A DNA stretch of 62,952 nucleotides, counting the filler, from Kipferlia bialata (taxonomy: Eukaryota): the NCBI GenBank assembly GCA_003568945.1. It is 4 parts of 4 records of this genome, joined end to end, with 100 filler letters (N's around TTAATTAATTAA, not from the genome) between each part and the next. Parts side by side here need not be neighbours in the genome. Positions count along the whole stretch, not along the records: positions 39,348 to 55,154 come from BDIP01000217.1; 3 more parts are not named here. The stretch is one strand, 5' to 3'. This document shows, in pieces, positions 39,348-53,015 of this stretch. The stretch's first letter is position 1. Each line of letters opens with the position of its first letter. Both the position numbers and the translations under genes were made by a program. Below the pieces are notes generated by a model. That model made no database searches. It was not told where the DNA came from and saw nothing but the letters and a program-made list of their open reading frames with translations.

Positions 39348-39402
39348 TGCGACGTCGCGCGACAATGTCGGCCGACGTGCGACATGTCGCATGCCAACCC
39401 TA
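39348..39402 (-). mobile_element. Possible DNA-transposon (hAT/MITE-like) terminus at a contig edge
   Basis: CpG-dense run of CGAC/GTCG motifs ending in TGCCAACCCTA (TAGGGTTGGCA on the minus strand). No partner end or TSD is visible. Confidence 0.3.
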
Positions 39403-41015
39403 GCAGGTACCACATACCTCCATCTCATGCTACCACTGTGCATATATACTCACCCCCCCTCCCCTCCTTCACCTTCACCTAGAGGTCCATATTCTCTATC
39501 TGTCGGAGGTGTCTCTCCCCTCTCTTCTTACACACAGAAGCGTAAGGACTTGGACCGAAGGACCAGGATAAACAACTACCAAATGGACTTGCTTCTCACC
39601 AGGTATAGGAATCAATTGTTATCAATCAATTAATCAATCAATTATTAGAGAGATGGGAAACTTCTGGCATTGACTATCGCCTGGTATGTGAAACATTCAA
39701 ATGATCAATGATGCCAATATATAGTATATTATCAATCAATTGATTGATTCAATGATTGATTCCAGGGAGAAGGCCAACAGGGAGGAGATTAGGGAGTGTT
39801 ATAGGATAGATAAGCGGAAGCAGAGAGAGAGAGAGAGAGCACGACTAGTTAGTATTGAATACATGCCCTGACTCTCGCTTTCCCCCACATTAGGGGAGCT
39901 TTGGAAGCTAAACAAGGTTCAACACAGGAAAGAAAACATCAGATTATACACCCGGAGACCTCGACATTCTCCCACACAACTGTGAAGCTCAATCAATCCA
40001 TCCATCTATATATCCATGGGTATCTCTACAAGTAGATGGCTGATACAACTGTATCCCACCGACCAATCAACCTCTCTCTCTCTCTCTCTCTCTCGCTCTC
40101 TTCCAGAGTATCACAATAAGACATCAGATACGGAGTGAACACATAGACAAGAGGGTGTCCATCCACTGAAGATATACCACACCCTCTCCCCCACCCCCCT
40201 CTCCCTCGTCCCTCTTCTGGACATAAGGGAGGATCGGCTCTCCCAGTAGGGGGGGATATAGACCACGACAGGACCTACACATACCCCCAGGGGCCGTCAT
40301 ATCCAGTCAGTACCTACAGGGACACAGTGACCAATATGGGTGGTGCGTACAACCCATACGGATATGTACCACACTAAGCGAATGCTGTCCCGGCATGTCA
40401 TGCAACTAGTAGGGTACCTGAGATAGGGTAGATGCATGTCTGCCCCCCCCCCCCTCTCTCTCTCTCTCTCTACCGCTGTGTATGGAGAGAGAGTATAGGA
40501 GACGGTCCCCATACTGAGGTACAGGGTAATGGTCAGGAGGCTGGAGCCACCACACACAGGATTCCCCTCTCTCTGTCTCTCTCTCAAACACACCGAAGCG
40601 TGTACTCAGTATGCACTCAGTACGATGCTGCTACATCATGGCAGGTGCCCAGCGAGTACAAATAGAGAAACCACAAGTCACTCAGTAGTGGTCCGTTCAC
40701 TGCACACACTGTTGTCACGGATATAGCTACCCACAGTGGCTCAGCCGTAGTATGATGTGACTGCCTGAGCGTCAGTGGACATCGAGTGCGTATAGTGAAC
40801 GTGCATCACTTGGATATATAGATACAATACACCAGATCGAGTAGACAAGACATATGTCCCATATATCCTACATACTACATATATGGATCCATCTATCCGC
40901 ACTCTTTACACATACACACCTCTGCTAGATCCAGGACCCCGTGCAGGAATAATATTTCCGTAAATAATTATACTGCATATAAACTATATATATATAGTGG
41001 ATACATCCAGACACA

Positions 41016-43800
41016 CCTCTGCTAGATCCAGGACCCCAGACACGACAGAGTGCAGGTAGGGGTGGGTCTCCCTGGGGGGTCAGAATGAAAGGTGGGAGAG
41101 TAAGAGAGATGAACTGGTGTCAGACAGCGGGATAGAGGGAGAGAGGGAGAGAGACACAGTAACCTACCTTGCTGTCAAGGGGCTAGTCCCCAGCGTGACC
41201 ATGGCTGTGTGGATCTCCTGGGGGTCAGAAGCAGAGTATATATGCACATATGCATTACAATGTCTATGTACCTGTGACAGTGCAGGCAGCTCTGTGTTGG
41301 AGTGCCTGTCCAGACCGGCATGGACAGCGGAGGAGAGCAGGAGTCTGGAGAGTGAGACAGAGGGAGAGAGAGAGGGGGGGGGGGGAATACTTCCGTTGCC
41401 AGCATTGTGTGTGTCACCTCCTAAATATATAGTATATAGTTACAGTTATACATGCAAAACATGTACATTCATATGTAGTAGTATACACAATGAGCACACT
41501 ATACTATGTATACCTCATTGCCAGCATTGTGTGTGTCACCTCCCACAGGGGAAGGGGGTCGCCATGGCTGACAGAAGAGGCATGGCCTGAGATGAGTATA
41601 TACAGTGTATAAGTGTATATATACACACACATATATATAGCATATATATAATTACATATAGCCATGGCTGACAGACGACGCTTGGTCTAGGTATTAGATT
41701 AGGCAATACACATTTGTATATACATGGGTATACAAAGATATCTGTGTGTCAGTGACAATGCGTGTCAATAAATCACCATCTACTCATGAATACCTGCCAG
41801 CAGTCTTGTGCACACCCTCACACCCACAGCCCTCTCCACACACGTCATGCCTGGGGGTTAGTCTTCGTATAACTATACTGCTACTCACTTATCATGTCAC
41901 ATATCCCGGATAGATGTTTATAGATACCGACATATCAACCTCCATACTTCCGTAAATATTGTTCAGTATAAGTACTAACTCCGCCTAAGTAAGCCGCTGC
42001 TATCAGGCAACAGAGGAACACACACACACGTATACACACTCACATATATATGTATACACTGACTATACACAGTGTTCATACCTACTCCTCCCAAGTATGC
42101 CGCTGCCACAAGGTACTCCACCCCACTCATATATACACATGCATATATATATATATACTATATATATATTATACACACTGTTACTACCTGCCCCTCCCAA
42201 GTATGCCGCTGCCACCAGGTACTCCACCCCACTCTCACTGACAGAGGCAGAGGCAGAGGCCTTACCCCTGTATGCAGAGGTTGATAGTGCATTAGCCCTA
42301 TCTACTAGATCAGTCACAACGGATGGGGAGGGAGGATGCTCGGCATAGGGGTTCACTGGAGGCACTGGGGTAGTACTTGAGTCTCTTGTGTTCCTTGTGG
42401 TGCCCGAGGGGGAGAGAGAGAGGGCGAGGGAGAGGGCCGACTCCTCTGCCACCTGGGGTGAGTGGGTACTTTTGTGCATAGAGTCATATACACTAATACA
42501 TACATATACATTCATATATATATATATATACATATGGCCGACTCCTCTGCCACCTGGGGTGAGTGTGGCTATACACATCACACTATTGAGAGGATATATA
42601 GTATATATTCGTACCAGGTGACATGCCAGCAATGAATATAGAGACAGCCATATACTCTATTATATACTCTATTGTCATATATAAATATCTAGTATATATT
42701 CGTACCAGGTGACATGCCAGGTGTGCAGTGCACCCCAGCACTAGGGCAGGGGGTAGGGAGGGAGGCAGACGGTGCATATCACCCTTGCTAGTATCTGTCT
42801 CTGTGGCCTGTGTGTACAGGTGCACCAGACACTGCACAGCAGACAGCAGGGAGGCCACCACGGCCCTAGGGTTAGTGTCTGTATGATATTGGTACATATA
42901 TTGATATATAGATATATTGTAATATATCTATATGCACAGCAGACAGCAGGGAGGCCACAACCGCCCTGCAGTAAGTATATATAAGTATATACATTACTAT
43001 TGACGCATAGAGTATATGTATATGTATATATAGCTGTACTAGACACTGCACAGCAGATAGCAAAGAGGAACTACTCTAGGGGGAGTCTATGTATATAGAC
43101 AACAATATACATATAAGAATATGCATATACACAACCTTATATATATACATACCTAGGTGCACAGGGTGCTGTTGATGCAGGGTTGATGCTCGAGAGAGAC
43201 GTGGCGCCAACACTTGGGCCACCAGAGGCTACTGGGGGTTAATATATATATATATATATATAAACATATATATATTAATAATACATATAATATATATATA
43301 TATTTATATACCAGAAGATCTATCAAGACTCCTTGACAGATCTAGGTGAATTCCAGAGGCTACTGGGGGTAAGTCATAAATATATAAGCATATGTATACG
43401 GATATACTTCAAGACTCCTTGACAGATATATATATATATATATATACATATCAGTATATATATATATATATATATACATAAATATATATCAAGACTCCTT
43501 GACAGATGTTTCTCCGGCTATGACTGTGAGAACAGTGATGAACAGTGATATGGAGCTAATCATACACATATGTATACTACACTAAACCTGACACAGTGAG
43601 TACACTTTTGAGTGCCCCTGCCCCGTCTGGGAGGGTGGGGATAAGGAGGGGGACCAGAGAGACAGCGGCATGTCTGGTGGTAAGAGAGCAAGGTTGATAC
43701 TTATATGAATATCCCCTACCTCTCCTCCGGTGTGACCCTTACCCTGCCCAGTCTCTCTATCTCTTTCTCTCTCTCTCTCTCTCCCCCCCTCTCTCTCTGC

Positions 43801-43832
<32 letters not shown>

Positions 43833-44945
43833 GTGAATGTACCTCTCCTCCGGTGTGACCCTTGCCCTGCCCAGTCTCAACAGCTGATAGGACAGGTACA
43901 CGCTGGATATGCCTCTGGAGGTGAGACAGATAATGATACATGTATATCTATGTGAATTCACATAGATATATACATACACTATACTGATAGTCTCAACAGC
44001 TGGTAGGACAGGTACACCAGATATACCCCTGGAGTATGAATGAGAAAAGATATATATACAAAACCATACCTTAGAGCAGGCTTCGATGATACTGCCGCTG
44101 TCCCCAGTCTAGTGAGCAGTGACTGTGGCAGGGCATCCACCACTGATCGGATGTCAGGGGGAGGGGGGTAGGGGACAGAGCCCACAGAGGATGCTACTCT
44201 GGCACAGGCTGACATGAGATAGGGAGAGGCAGAAAGAGAGAGAGAGAGATACTGGAGACAAGAGAGAGGCCAGATGAGACAAGGAGAGAGAGGAGGCAAC
44301 CCTCGGACAGGCGAGGATGAGAGAGACAGAGAGAGAGAGAAAGAGAAAAGTAATACTGTGACAGGCTAGGGTGAGCCTCGTAGTAAGGGAGAGAGAGACA
44401 GGATACATGAGGAGGCTGTATGAGAGGGAGAAAGAGAAATAGAGAGAGCACGACATATATACTGAGGCCAAGAACTGGCTATGAGTATCAGTATATATAT
44501 AGTAATATATAATATATAGATATATAATATATAGATACTGATGAGTGTATGCACCCAGGACTCTGATTATGCTCCAGCAGGGCGTTTGATCATGCAATAT
44601 AACACATATGCATCTATATATGGAGGTATGGGCAAATCACATATATACAAGTACTTGGTACCGGTACCGGTACCGTTTTCCAATATCAGTCAATATCCCT
44701 TATAAACACAAACTAGAACTATTCCAGGACGTATAGTATCCATAGAGAGAGACTAATGCTGTATCGGCATGGTATCACGAGTATATCCCCCATGTCGACC
44801 CTCATACAGACTCGGTACCGATACCAACTGACACCTGGACACATACACACACACTGCTATTACCTGTCAGGAAACTGGCATCATCCTCCACCCTCGTATG
44901 GGTCCTGCCCAATGCCCTTAGCAGGTTGGCGGCGTCAGCAGGCAT
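41016..44945 (-). CDS. Hypothetical protein (multi-exon; 3' end uncertain)
   Basis: First exon MPADAANLLRALGRTHTRVEDDASFLT, then a GT-AG exon chain (e.g. RGISSVYLSYQLLRLGRARVTPEER, AVVASLLSAVQCLVHLY, VAEESALSL...YLVAAAYLGGA). No family recognised. Confidence 0.55.
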
Positions 44946-45124
44946 ATAGGGGCAGTGTCAGAGACAGTACCACAGTCAGAGCTCGATGACAAAAGGGTTC
45001 GATGAAATTGTTTTTGTCACTCTGGATTTGCGAGTTGACTCTCCCCTTCACACTCCATATATACAAGCGTGCCCGGGGACTCAGCTAGGTTATCTACCTG
45101 ACCTGGTAGGACTCCCACCCGGAG

Positions 45125-45626
45125 ATGACCTCTGTGGTGCTGTCCAAGGCTGCCCTGGCTGTGTTGGAGGAGAGGGCTGCCAGTCAGGACCACCGACACA
45201 GGCAGAGTCTGGTCAAGGAGTGTGTGGGCACACAGGGTATAGGGGCGCAGAGGGTGCTGTCCGATGATGCCCTGGCCAAGCTGCTCAACTGCCCCAAGGC
45301 CACGGTCAACCAATATCTCAAGAGGCTGAGGTAGGGGAACAGTAGTATACACCTACTTATTCTATATATACTCTATCTCTCTCTCAGTCTCTCTCTCTCT
45401 GTATATATTTACATATAGCCCCAGTTCCTGAAGAGGCTGAGGTATGGGCAATAGTAGTTGTACTCCTACTCTCTCTATATATATTGTATCAGTATCAGTA
45501 TATAAAGGGGATGAGGTATGGGTGTGTGTGTTAGTGACCATCCTGATACTGACCCCCCCCCATCCCCTCTCTCTTCCATTCTCTTTGTCTGATGTATGAG
45601 GAGAACCCTTCTCGGATGCCGTTCTG

Positions 45627-45667
<41 letters not shown>

Positions 45668-46447
45668 TCGATGTAACACAAGGGAGAACCCCTTCTCGGA
45701 TGCCATTCTGACCCCTCTCCTCCTGGTCAACAGACCCCCCCTGCCACCTGCTATGAGGGAGACAGCGAGGTATGGGTGTATGTATATGTGTATAGGTATA
45801 TAGGTATATGGGTGTGTATGTATGTATATGAGACCCCGCTGCCCCTGATATGAGGGAGACAGTGAGGTATGGGTATATAGGGATATTCATATTCATTTGT
45901 AGGGAGGGAGAGAGAGAGAGGATGAGAACTCATCCACTTATGCATCGATCTCTCTCTCTACCGTTTCTATGTATACTCTGACTCCCAGATGGGCCCTCCC
46001 CCGTCTCTCTCTCTCCCTCTCTTTCTCTCTCTCTCTCTGTGTGTGTTTGTGAGTATCTCCCTCTGTACCAATATCCAGATGGGCCCTCCCCCGTCTCTCT
46101 TGGCTGCCATCCTCCATGGGCAGGGCACTCCCAGACAGGTATGTAGTATAGAGATGCATGTATATATGGTAGTATATACTTTTGCTATATTGTATATATA
46201 TGTACATATATGTATGTCTTGGCTGCCATCCTCCATGGGCAGGGCACTGCCTGACAGGTATAGATAAATATGTGGGTATATGTATCCAAGTGTATAGAAG
46301 TATGTCCTATTCTCTAATACCCTAGAGAGATTGGCGTGGATGGGCTGTACAGACAGTATACGTATGCATATTTATAGTTGTACATGTGCACTTTATCAGT
46401 GCTCTTCATTTACCTACAAGGGAGATTGGCGTGGATGGCCTGTACCG

Positions 46448-46488
<41 letters not shown>

Positions 46489-48356
46489 GCATATATATAG
46501 CATGTTCATTTGTATATTGCTATACTCTCACTCTTATGCATCAGAGAGATAGGTGTGGATGGCCTGTACAGACATATATATGTATATCCATGACACATAA
46601 TATACAGCTGTAGTGTTACAGCCTCTTATACCCCAGGGAGATAGGGGTGGATGGCCTGTACAGACAGTACCTGGCAGACACAGCTAGTGCCACAAGTGCC
46701 GCAAGTACAGGTGCACAGTCCGGTGGAGCCAAGCTTACTCTGAGGGAGTTCCAATCCAGTTTGAAGGTAGTATATGGCATTTATATGTGTGTGGGTATGT
46801 GTGTGTGTGTGTATGTTTGTGTATGCAAGGCTGTCCCTGAGGGAGATAAGGTATATACATCATGTGTGTATTGCATTGGTTCCATGACGAAGTAGGTATT
46901 TATTTGAAACACCAACGAGAATGTATATTAGTGGATATCCCTCTGTCACTCTCTCTCTCCCTCTGCACCCTTACTGTCAGGTTGCCACCAGACACGGCAC
47001 TCTGTTCCCATACTACCCGGCATCACTGGCACAGGGGCACAGGTACTATACAGGGTGTAGATTTATTGACCTGTCTCTGTGTCTCATATCTCTTTTCCTA
47101 CAACGCCACTTCCGACCACTCATTCGACATCTCCCCCTCCCTCCCTCTCTCTCTCTCTCTCCATATATATGCTATATACATAAACTCATCCCTCACACAG
47201 TGGCTGTCCGATGCCTTCCTGCCCCATTCTCTGTTTTTCTCTCTCTCTGTCTCTCTAGTCCACATATACTCACTCTAGTGCCAATGCTGACCCCTCCCTG
47301 GAGATATCCCCCTCTCTGGCCCACTCCTCGTGCCCTGTCTGCCGGGTACTGATCCCTCTCTCCCTCTCCCCCGCCCTATACCTAGAGGACAGGGAGAGAT
47401 ATGCCCAGACAGCATCACTGCACCTGTCAGTATGCGAGGCACAGAGACAGTGGATAGTGTCAAAGGTATTACATGTTTTCACATATGTATATATATGTGT
47501 GTAGTATACACTGCATATGTGGCACTGCGCCTGTCTGTGTGTGAGGCACAGAGACAGTGGATAGTGTCTAAGGTAGTATATATAATCATAAATGTATATA
47601 TTTGTGTGTAGATATACCGTATTTGTATCACTTCATCTGTTAGTGAGGCACAGAGGTGAATGTGAGTGAAGGTGACATATATATATGCACAAAGCGACAC
47701 TCACCATGGACTGACCCTAGGGAGTGAGGCCCATAGGCAGTGCCCATGAGGCCAAGAAGGACAGGGAGAGGGGGTCCAGAGTGCTGGTGGAGAGGTAGGG
47801 GTGTATAGTATATGTATACAACGTGGTATGTAGAGTGAAAGACATATATTTGCTAATAGAGAGATATGGGGTATCCTCAAGCATAGCATCTATACCTCAC
47901 TCCAGATATGCCGAGTTCAAGGCCCCCAGCCCCCCCCCCCCCCTTCCCTCTGTCTCTCTCTATATATATACCTAGGTTTATATCCCACACCAGATATGCA
48001 GAGTCCGAGGCCTCCAAGGGCTCTCGGTCCCTATCCCTACCTGCACCTATAGAAGGAGAGAGCGAGAGAACCCTACCAGCACCTACAGAGGGTGCTAGCG
48101 CTGAGAGTGGGAAGGTAGAGAGTGGGGTGGGTACTGAGGGTGCTAAGGATAAGACAGATGCAAAGGGAGAGGGGGAGAGAGAGAGAGAAGGTGATACCAA
48201 GAAGGCAGAGGAGGCAGCTCCCACACCAACTGCACCCTCGGAGGACAGGTTAGACTCTCTCTCTGTCTCTCTCATTCTTTCGTCCCTGACCCACAGGGAG
48301 TTGGCTTACTTCTCTCCATTAATCGACACACTGTCTACCCCATCCGTGGCCACTCT

Positions 48357-48406
<50 letters not shown>

Positions 48407-49248
48407 ATACCAGAGAACTAGTCATCTATGCCACCCCCCTAGCACCTGTGCGATGTGCCCCTGTGGGCTGTGGGGGTGGGGTGTATGGGCTGGGAGGGGG
48501 GGCTAATGCCATGAGGACACCACATCCACCCGTGGTCAGGGGCATACTCACGACTAGGTACACCCTGTCTCGCTCTCTCTCTCCCTATACCATTATCACC
48601 CTTAATACCAGACACATTGTGCTATACTCTCTCTCTCTCTCTCTCTAGCCCCTTATTACCAGACATATTGTGCTGCAGAAGGGTGCCGAGGGAGATGGAT
48701 CTGCACCCCCATCGGAGAGGCTGGTATGGACATATGTGTATATATGCGTGTATACACATATGTTTTTATGTGTATATATCTTGAAGGCCCACTCTTGTCG
48801 GAGAGACTGGTATGTACAGGTATATGTGTATTATTGTACACATTCATGTGTTTATACCGTAGCTCACTGCAGGACATAGGCTCCCGTGTGATGCTGTACA
48901 CCCACCACTAGTACAGTTCATCTGTAATAGAAGATATGCATGTTTATGTTCCTTACTCTAGGACCTGGGCTCCCGTGTGATGCTGTACACCCAGGCTGGA
49001 CACAGGGAGGAGGGGGAGAAGGAGGGGGAGAGGGAGAGGGATGCCTGGATGACTGGTCTGGAGCACTGTCTAGGAGACATCATAGACACGCTCAAGACAC
49101 AGAGTGGGGAGGTATACTATAGATGGTATATTTATATATATATATATGTGTGTGGGGAGAGAGAGAGAGAGTAGAGCATTGTCTAGGAGATATCATCGAC
49201 ACACTCTAAGACACAGAGTGGGGAGGTATACTATATAGATGCTATATG

Positions 49249-49285
<37 letters not shown>

Positions 49286-49362
49286 TAGAGCACTGTATAG
49301 GGGATTTCATCGACACACTCTAAGACACAGAGTGGGGAGGTATACTATCTAGATGCTATATG

Positions 49363-49401
<39 letters not shown>

Positions 49402-50423
49402 TAGAGCACTGTATAGGGGATTTCATCGACAAACTCAAGACACAGAGTGGGGAGGTGTGTTTGTGAAAGTATATATATATATACATATGTGTGTGTGTGT
49501 GTGTTGAGAGAGAGAGAGAGAGAGAGAGAGAGTCACTGTGTAGGGGATGTCATAGACACACTCAAGACACAGACTGGGGAGGTATATACATTTTTTGTAT
49601 ATATACAGAGAGAGGGCGAGGTATATATATTTATATATACTCTACACACAGAGTGGGGATGTAGGCTGGTATTCATTGTAGAAGACGCTAGATAACTATA
49701 CATCTCTTATATGCCCCAGGCCCCTCCTCGAGCCTGGTGTCATAGCAAGACATGTATATATGCCCGTGTATGTACATATTACCATATATCTCTTCATCCC
49801 TTACGCTATAGGCCACTGACCCCCTCCTCGAGTCCGGTGTCATGTCTGGTCAGATGTCAGGCATCCATACACCCCTGGTGGACATGTCGGTGCCACCATC
49901 ACCCTGTCTGTCTCCTGCATCATTGCAGGTATCTATGTATATATATATGTTTACAGATAGATTGATAGATAGAGTGATATAGATATAGATATATATACAC
50001 CCTTAGTGGACATGTCGGTGCCACCCTCGCCCTGTCACCCGCATGATTGCAGGTACCATAGTGTATGTATAGATATAGATAGATACATAGATACATAGAG
50101 TGATATATATATATATATATATATACATGTACTGGTGGACATGTCGGTGCCACCTTCGCCATGCCTCTCTCCTGCATCATTGCAGGTACTATATAGTGTA
50201 TGTATATATAGAGTGATATGTATAGCTCATCATAGGAGCCCCTAGCCATGGCCTCTCTCTCCTTCCCTCCCTCTCTCTCTCTCTCTCTCTCTAGATGTAT
50301 TCTCATATACAGGAAGCCCTGGGCATGTCCCTAGCCATGCCCTTTGATGCCAACTCCAACAGCATGTGGGGGGACGTCCCTGCTGCCCCACCTCCCATGG
50401 CACCGGGGAACCCATTGCTAGAC

Positions 50424-50467
<44 letters not shown>

Positions 50468-52025
50468 TGTAAATTATTATACTATAGATCTATGTATATA
50501 TATATATGTGTAATTGTCCCTGCTACCCCACCTCCCATGGCACCGGGGAACCCATTGCTAGACAGGTGTGTGTGTATGCATGTACATGTATTGTCAATTA
50601 CTATACTATATGGATATGTATCTGTATATATAGTAATATATATATATATATATTAATGTCCCTGCTGCCCCACCTCCCATGGCACCCGGGAACCCATTGC
50701 TAGACAGGTATAGTACTCTATGTCTACTATATATATATATGTATTCATGTATACTATATAGATATGTTATTGTCCCTGCTGCACCCCATCCCATGGCGCC
50801 TCGGAACCCATTTTTGGATAGGCATCTCCTTAACCTCCCAGACTCTCTCTCTTTCTCTCTCTCTCTCTCCCTATAAGTCACTAACCTCTAGGGTTAGGTT
50901 GATCCTCCCTGCCATGGACTCCCTCAGGCACAGGGCCGTCCTCCTCTACTGCCGCTATCTCTCCCTCCGACTTGACGTCCCAGTCTCTGTGACATATGTG
51001 CATGACAGTCACATGGGGGTCATGCCACATGTGCTGGCCTGTAGGTACGATGACCCTATGTATATATGAGTGTGTAGGATTTCTTGCGTCCAATCGTACC
51101 CCAGGTGTACCCAGCTCTGTGTGTCGAGGGGTGTGCGTGTGCCCTCGGAGGCAGTGACACACGCACTGGCGGCAGACCCAATGAGAGCCAGGTATATGTA
51201 TATGTATATCTAGTGGCAACACCATACATTAAGTATACTATGTATACTCGTTGTATTACTTACTCTACCTGACCCCAGTGAGGACGTTGCCCTGCTCCCC
51301 CCACGTGCCTGGTCCAAGAGACTCGGCAACCTGTACCGGAGCATAGGCCACTCGCTGGGGTCTGCTGTATGCAGGGTGTACCTGCACTTTGAGTGGTCGA
51401 TAGGGGGGACGGAGCTGGAGGTGTGTGCGGTGTCACCAGATGCTACAACTGTACCTAGTCCCCCTAGTGCCCCTAGTGCCGCAAAGGGTGCTGTCACCAA
51501 GCTGCAGTACATGCCGACTGCCGCAGACGAGACCCTCTCTGTGCACGTCCCCCGCTGCCCTCCTCCCCCCACTCAACCCAGTCTAGGTATATATATACTA
51601 TAACCCAGTGGGGGCAGTATCAATATTGGTATATCTGTTCTATCGATACTGATACTGATACTGATACTATGCATGGGTGCCGGGGACATCGTATCAGTAT
51701 CAGTATCAGTATATCTAATCTATCGGTACTGACACCAGGCATGGGTGCCGGGGACATTGTGATGGGCAGGGGCGGCATCATGAGGCCCGCCTCTCTTTTT
51801 GGGAGCTCTCTCTCTGCCCCAGACGGCACCGCCATAGCCACAGATGCGTCTCTGCTAGGTGTGTGCAGGTCAGTCCCCAACGATGTGTTTGGGGGTATCT
51901 GCAACGCACTCTCCTTGAGCCAGAGGGGCGGGGAGGTGGGGCCTCTCAGGGACACGAGGGACAGGTACCTGAGGGGGGTCAGGGAGGGGGAGGCCAGTGC
52001 CTTGAAGAACCTCCCATTCACATAA
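45125..52025 (+). CDS. Hypothetical large protein (multi-exon; could be two genes)
   Basis: Starts MTSVVLSKAALAVLEE (in-frame stop just upstream); exon chain EIGVDGLYRQY..., LEHCLGDIIDTLKTQSGE, VRLILPAMDSLRHRAVLLYC; ends SALKNLPFT-stop. Confidence 0.55.
49061..49584 (+). repeat. Stack of exon-tail+donor copies (4 copies plus the live exon)
   Basis: CAYTGT.TAGGRGAY.TCATMGACA..CTC(T)AAGACACAGASTGGGGAGGT repeated downstream of the live exon end at ~49111. Confidence 0.85.
50376..50822 (+). repeat. Stack of exon-tail+donor copies (3 copies plus the live exon)
   Basis: VPAAPPPMAPGNPLLDR-coding tail repeated at ~50516, 50658 and 50772, with the most distant copy the most decayed. Confidence 0.85.
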
Positions 52026-52286
52026 CTGACTGAGGGAGAGAGAGAGAGAGAGAGAGACTTTCCTTTATGTGTGGTGGTATTAGTGAAGCATTCTTTGTAC
52101 ATTTTGTGTCCTGTGTTTCTTATGGCTTGATGCAGTAAAACGCAATCAGTTGGTTCAGTAAGTGACACTGTATGTGTGCTGTCACAGAGTGGGTATTATT
52201 GTCAGGCGTTTAGCGTCTCAGATGTAGTGACCTCGCAAACACCTCCAGTCTCCTCTTCTTATTAATACTAATATAGTCTTGTGACC

Positions 52287-52865
52287 ATGGCGCATACCTA
52301 TGACGCCTCCCCCTTCTATGGGAAGAGGCCTGTGCTGGTCAACATGGTGGTGGACAACAGGGTGATGCGGGTGCGGCTCTACATTGACAGCCCACAGACA
52401 CTGCTGGACCTCGACCCCACCTTCTTTGAGCGCATACCAGAGATGCTCAGTATCTTTAGAAACACTAGGATGTACCAGGGCTCCAAGGCACGGGGACCAG
52501 CCGCCCCGACTACCTTTGACCCCGCCCGAGACCTCAATATGACTGGTCGGATGCATGACTATGACTACTTTGACTCTGTTGGCATCTCCATACGGTGGAC
52601 TCTCATTAGGGTCCCCTTTAGCCGGTATTCCGTGTTGCCCCCGTCATTGCTTGTTCCATCAGTGAGGGGGAGGCTTGAGTGCAGTGCGTTTGCCCAGAGT
52701 CTGGCTGCTAAGTATCATGTTACAGTTCCAGAGGATGACAATGATGAGAGCGAGGAGTCCTCCATTGATCCCAGTGGCGAGACCCGGTCTCAACCAGTGG
52801 TGTTGAGTTCCGCAAACCACGAGATGGTGGTTGTTATACTGACACAAAGAGGCATCAGAACATAA
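52287..52865 (+). CDS. Intronless hypothetical protein (192 aa)
   Basis: Single high-complexity ORF MAHTYDASPF...TQRGIRT with no microsatellites, lying between two convergent neighbours' ends. Confidence 0.6.
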   Translation: MAHTYDASPFYGKRPVLVNMVVDNRVMRVRLYIDSPQTLLDLDPTFFERIPEMLSIFRNTRMYQGSKARGPAAPTTFDPARDLNMTGRMHDYDYFDSVGISIRWTLIRVPFSRYSVLPPSLLVPSVRGRLECSAFAQSLAAKYHVTVPEDDNDESEESSIDPSGETRSQPVVLSSANHEMVVVILTQRGIRT

Positions 52866-53015
52866 ATTCCCCCTCCATTCTCTCATCAACTCCCCTGGCA
52901 CACCATTAACTCTAGACTGACACCGCAGTTTCACTCATCCACTGAACCACACGATAACACATGGCATCAACAACACAGCAACTTGATATAACATCTATTC
53001 ACTCACAAGAAGAAA

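Noticed and set aside
44657..44675. GGTACCGGTACCGGTACC palindromic repeat
   Set aside because: Short simple tandem inside a probable intron, with no other support.
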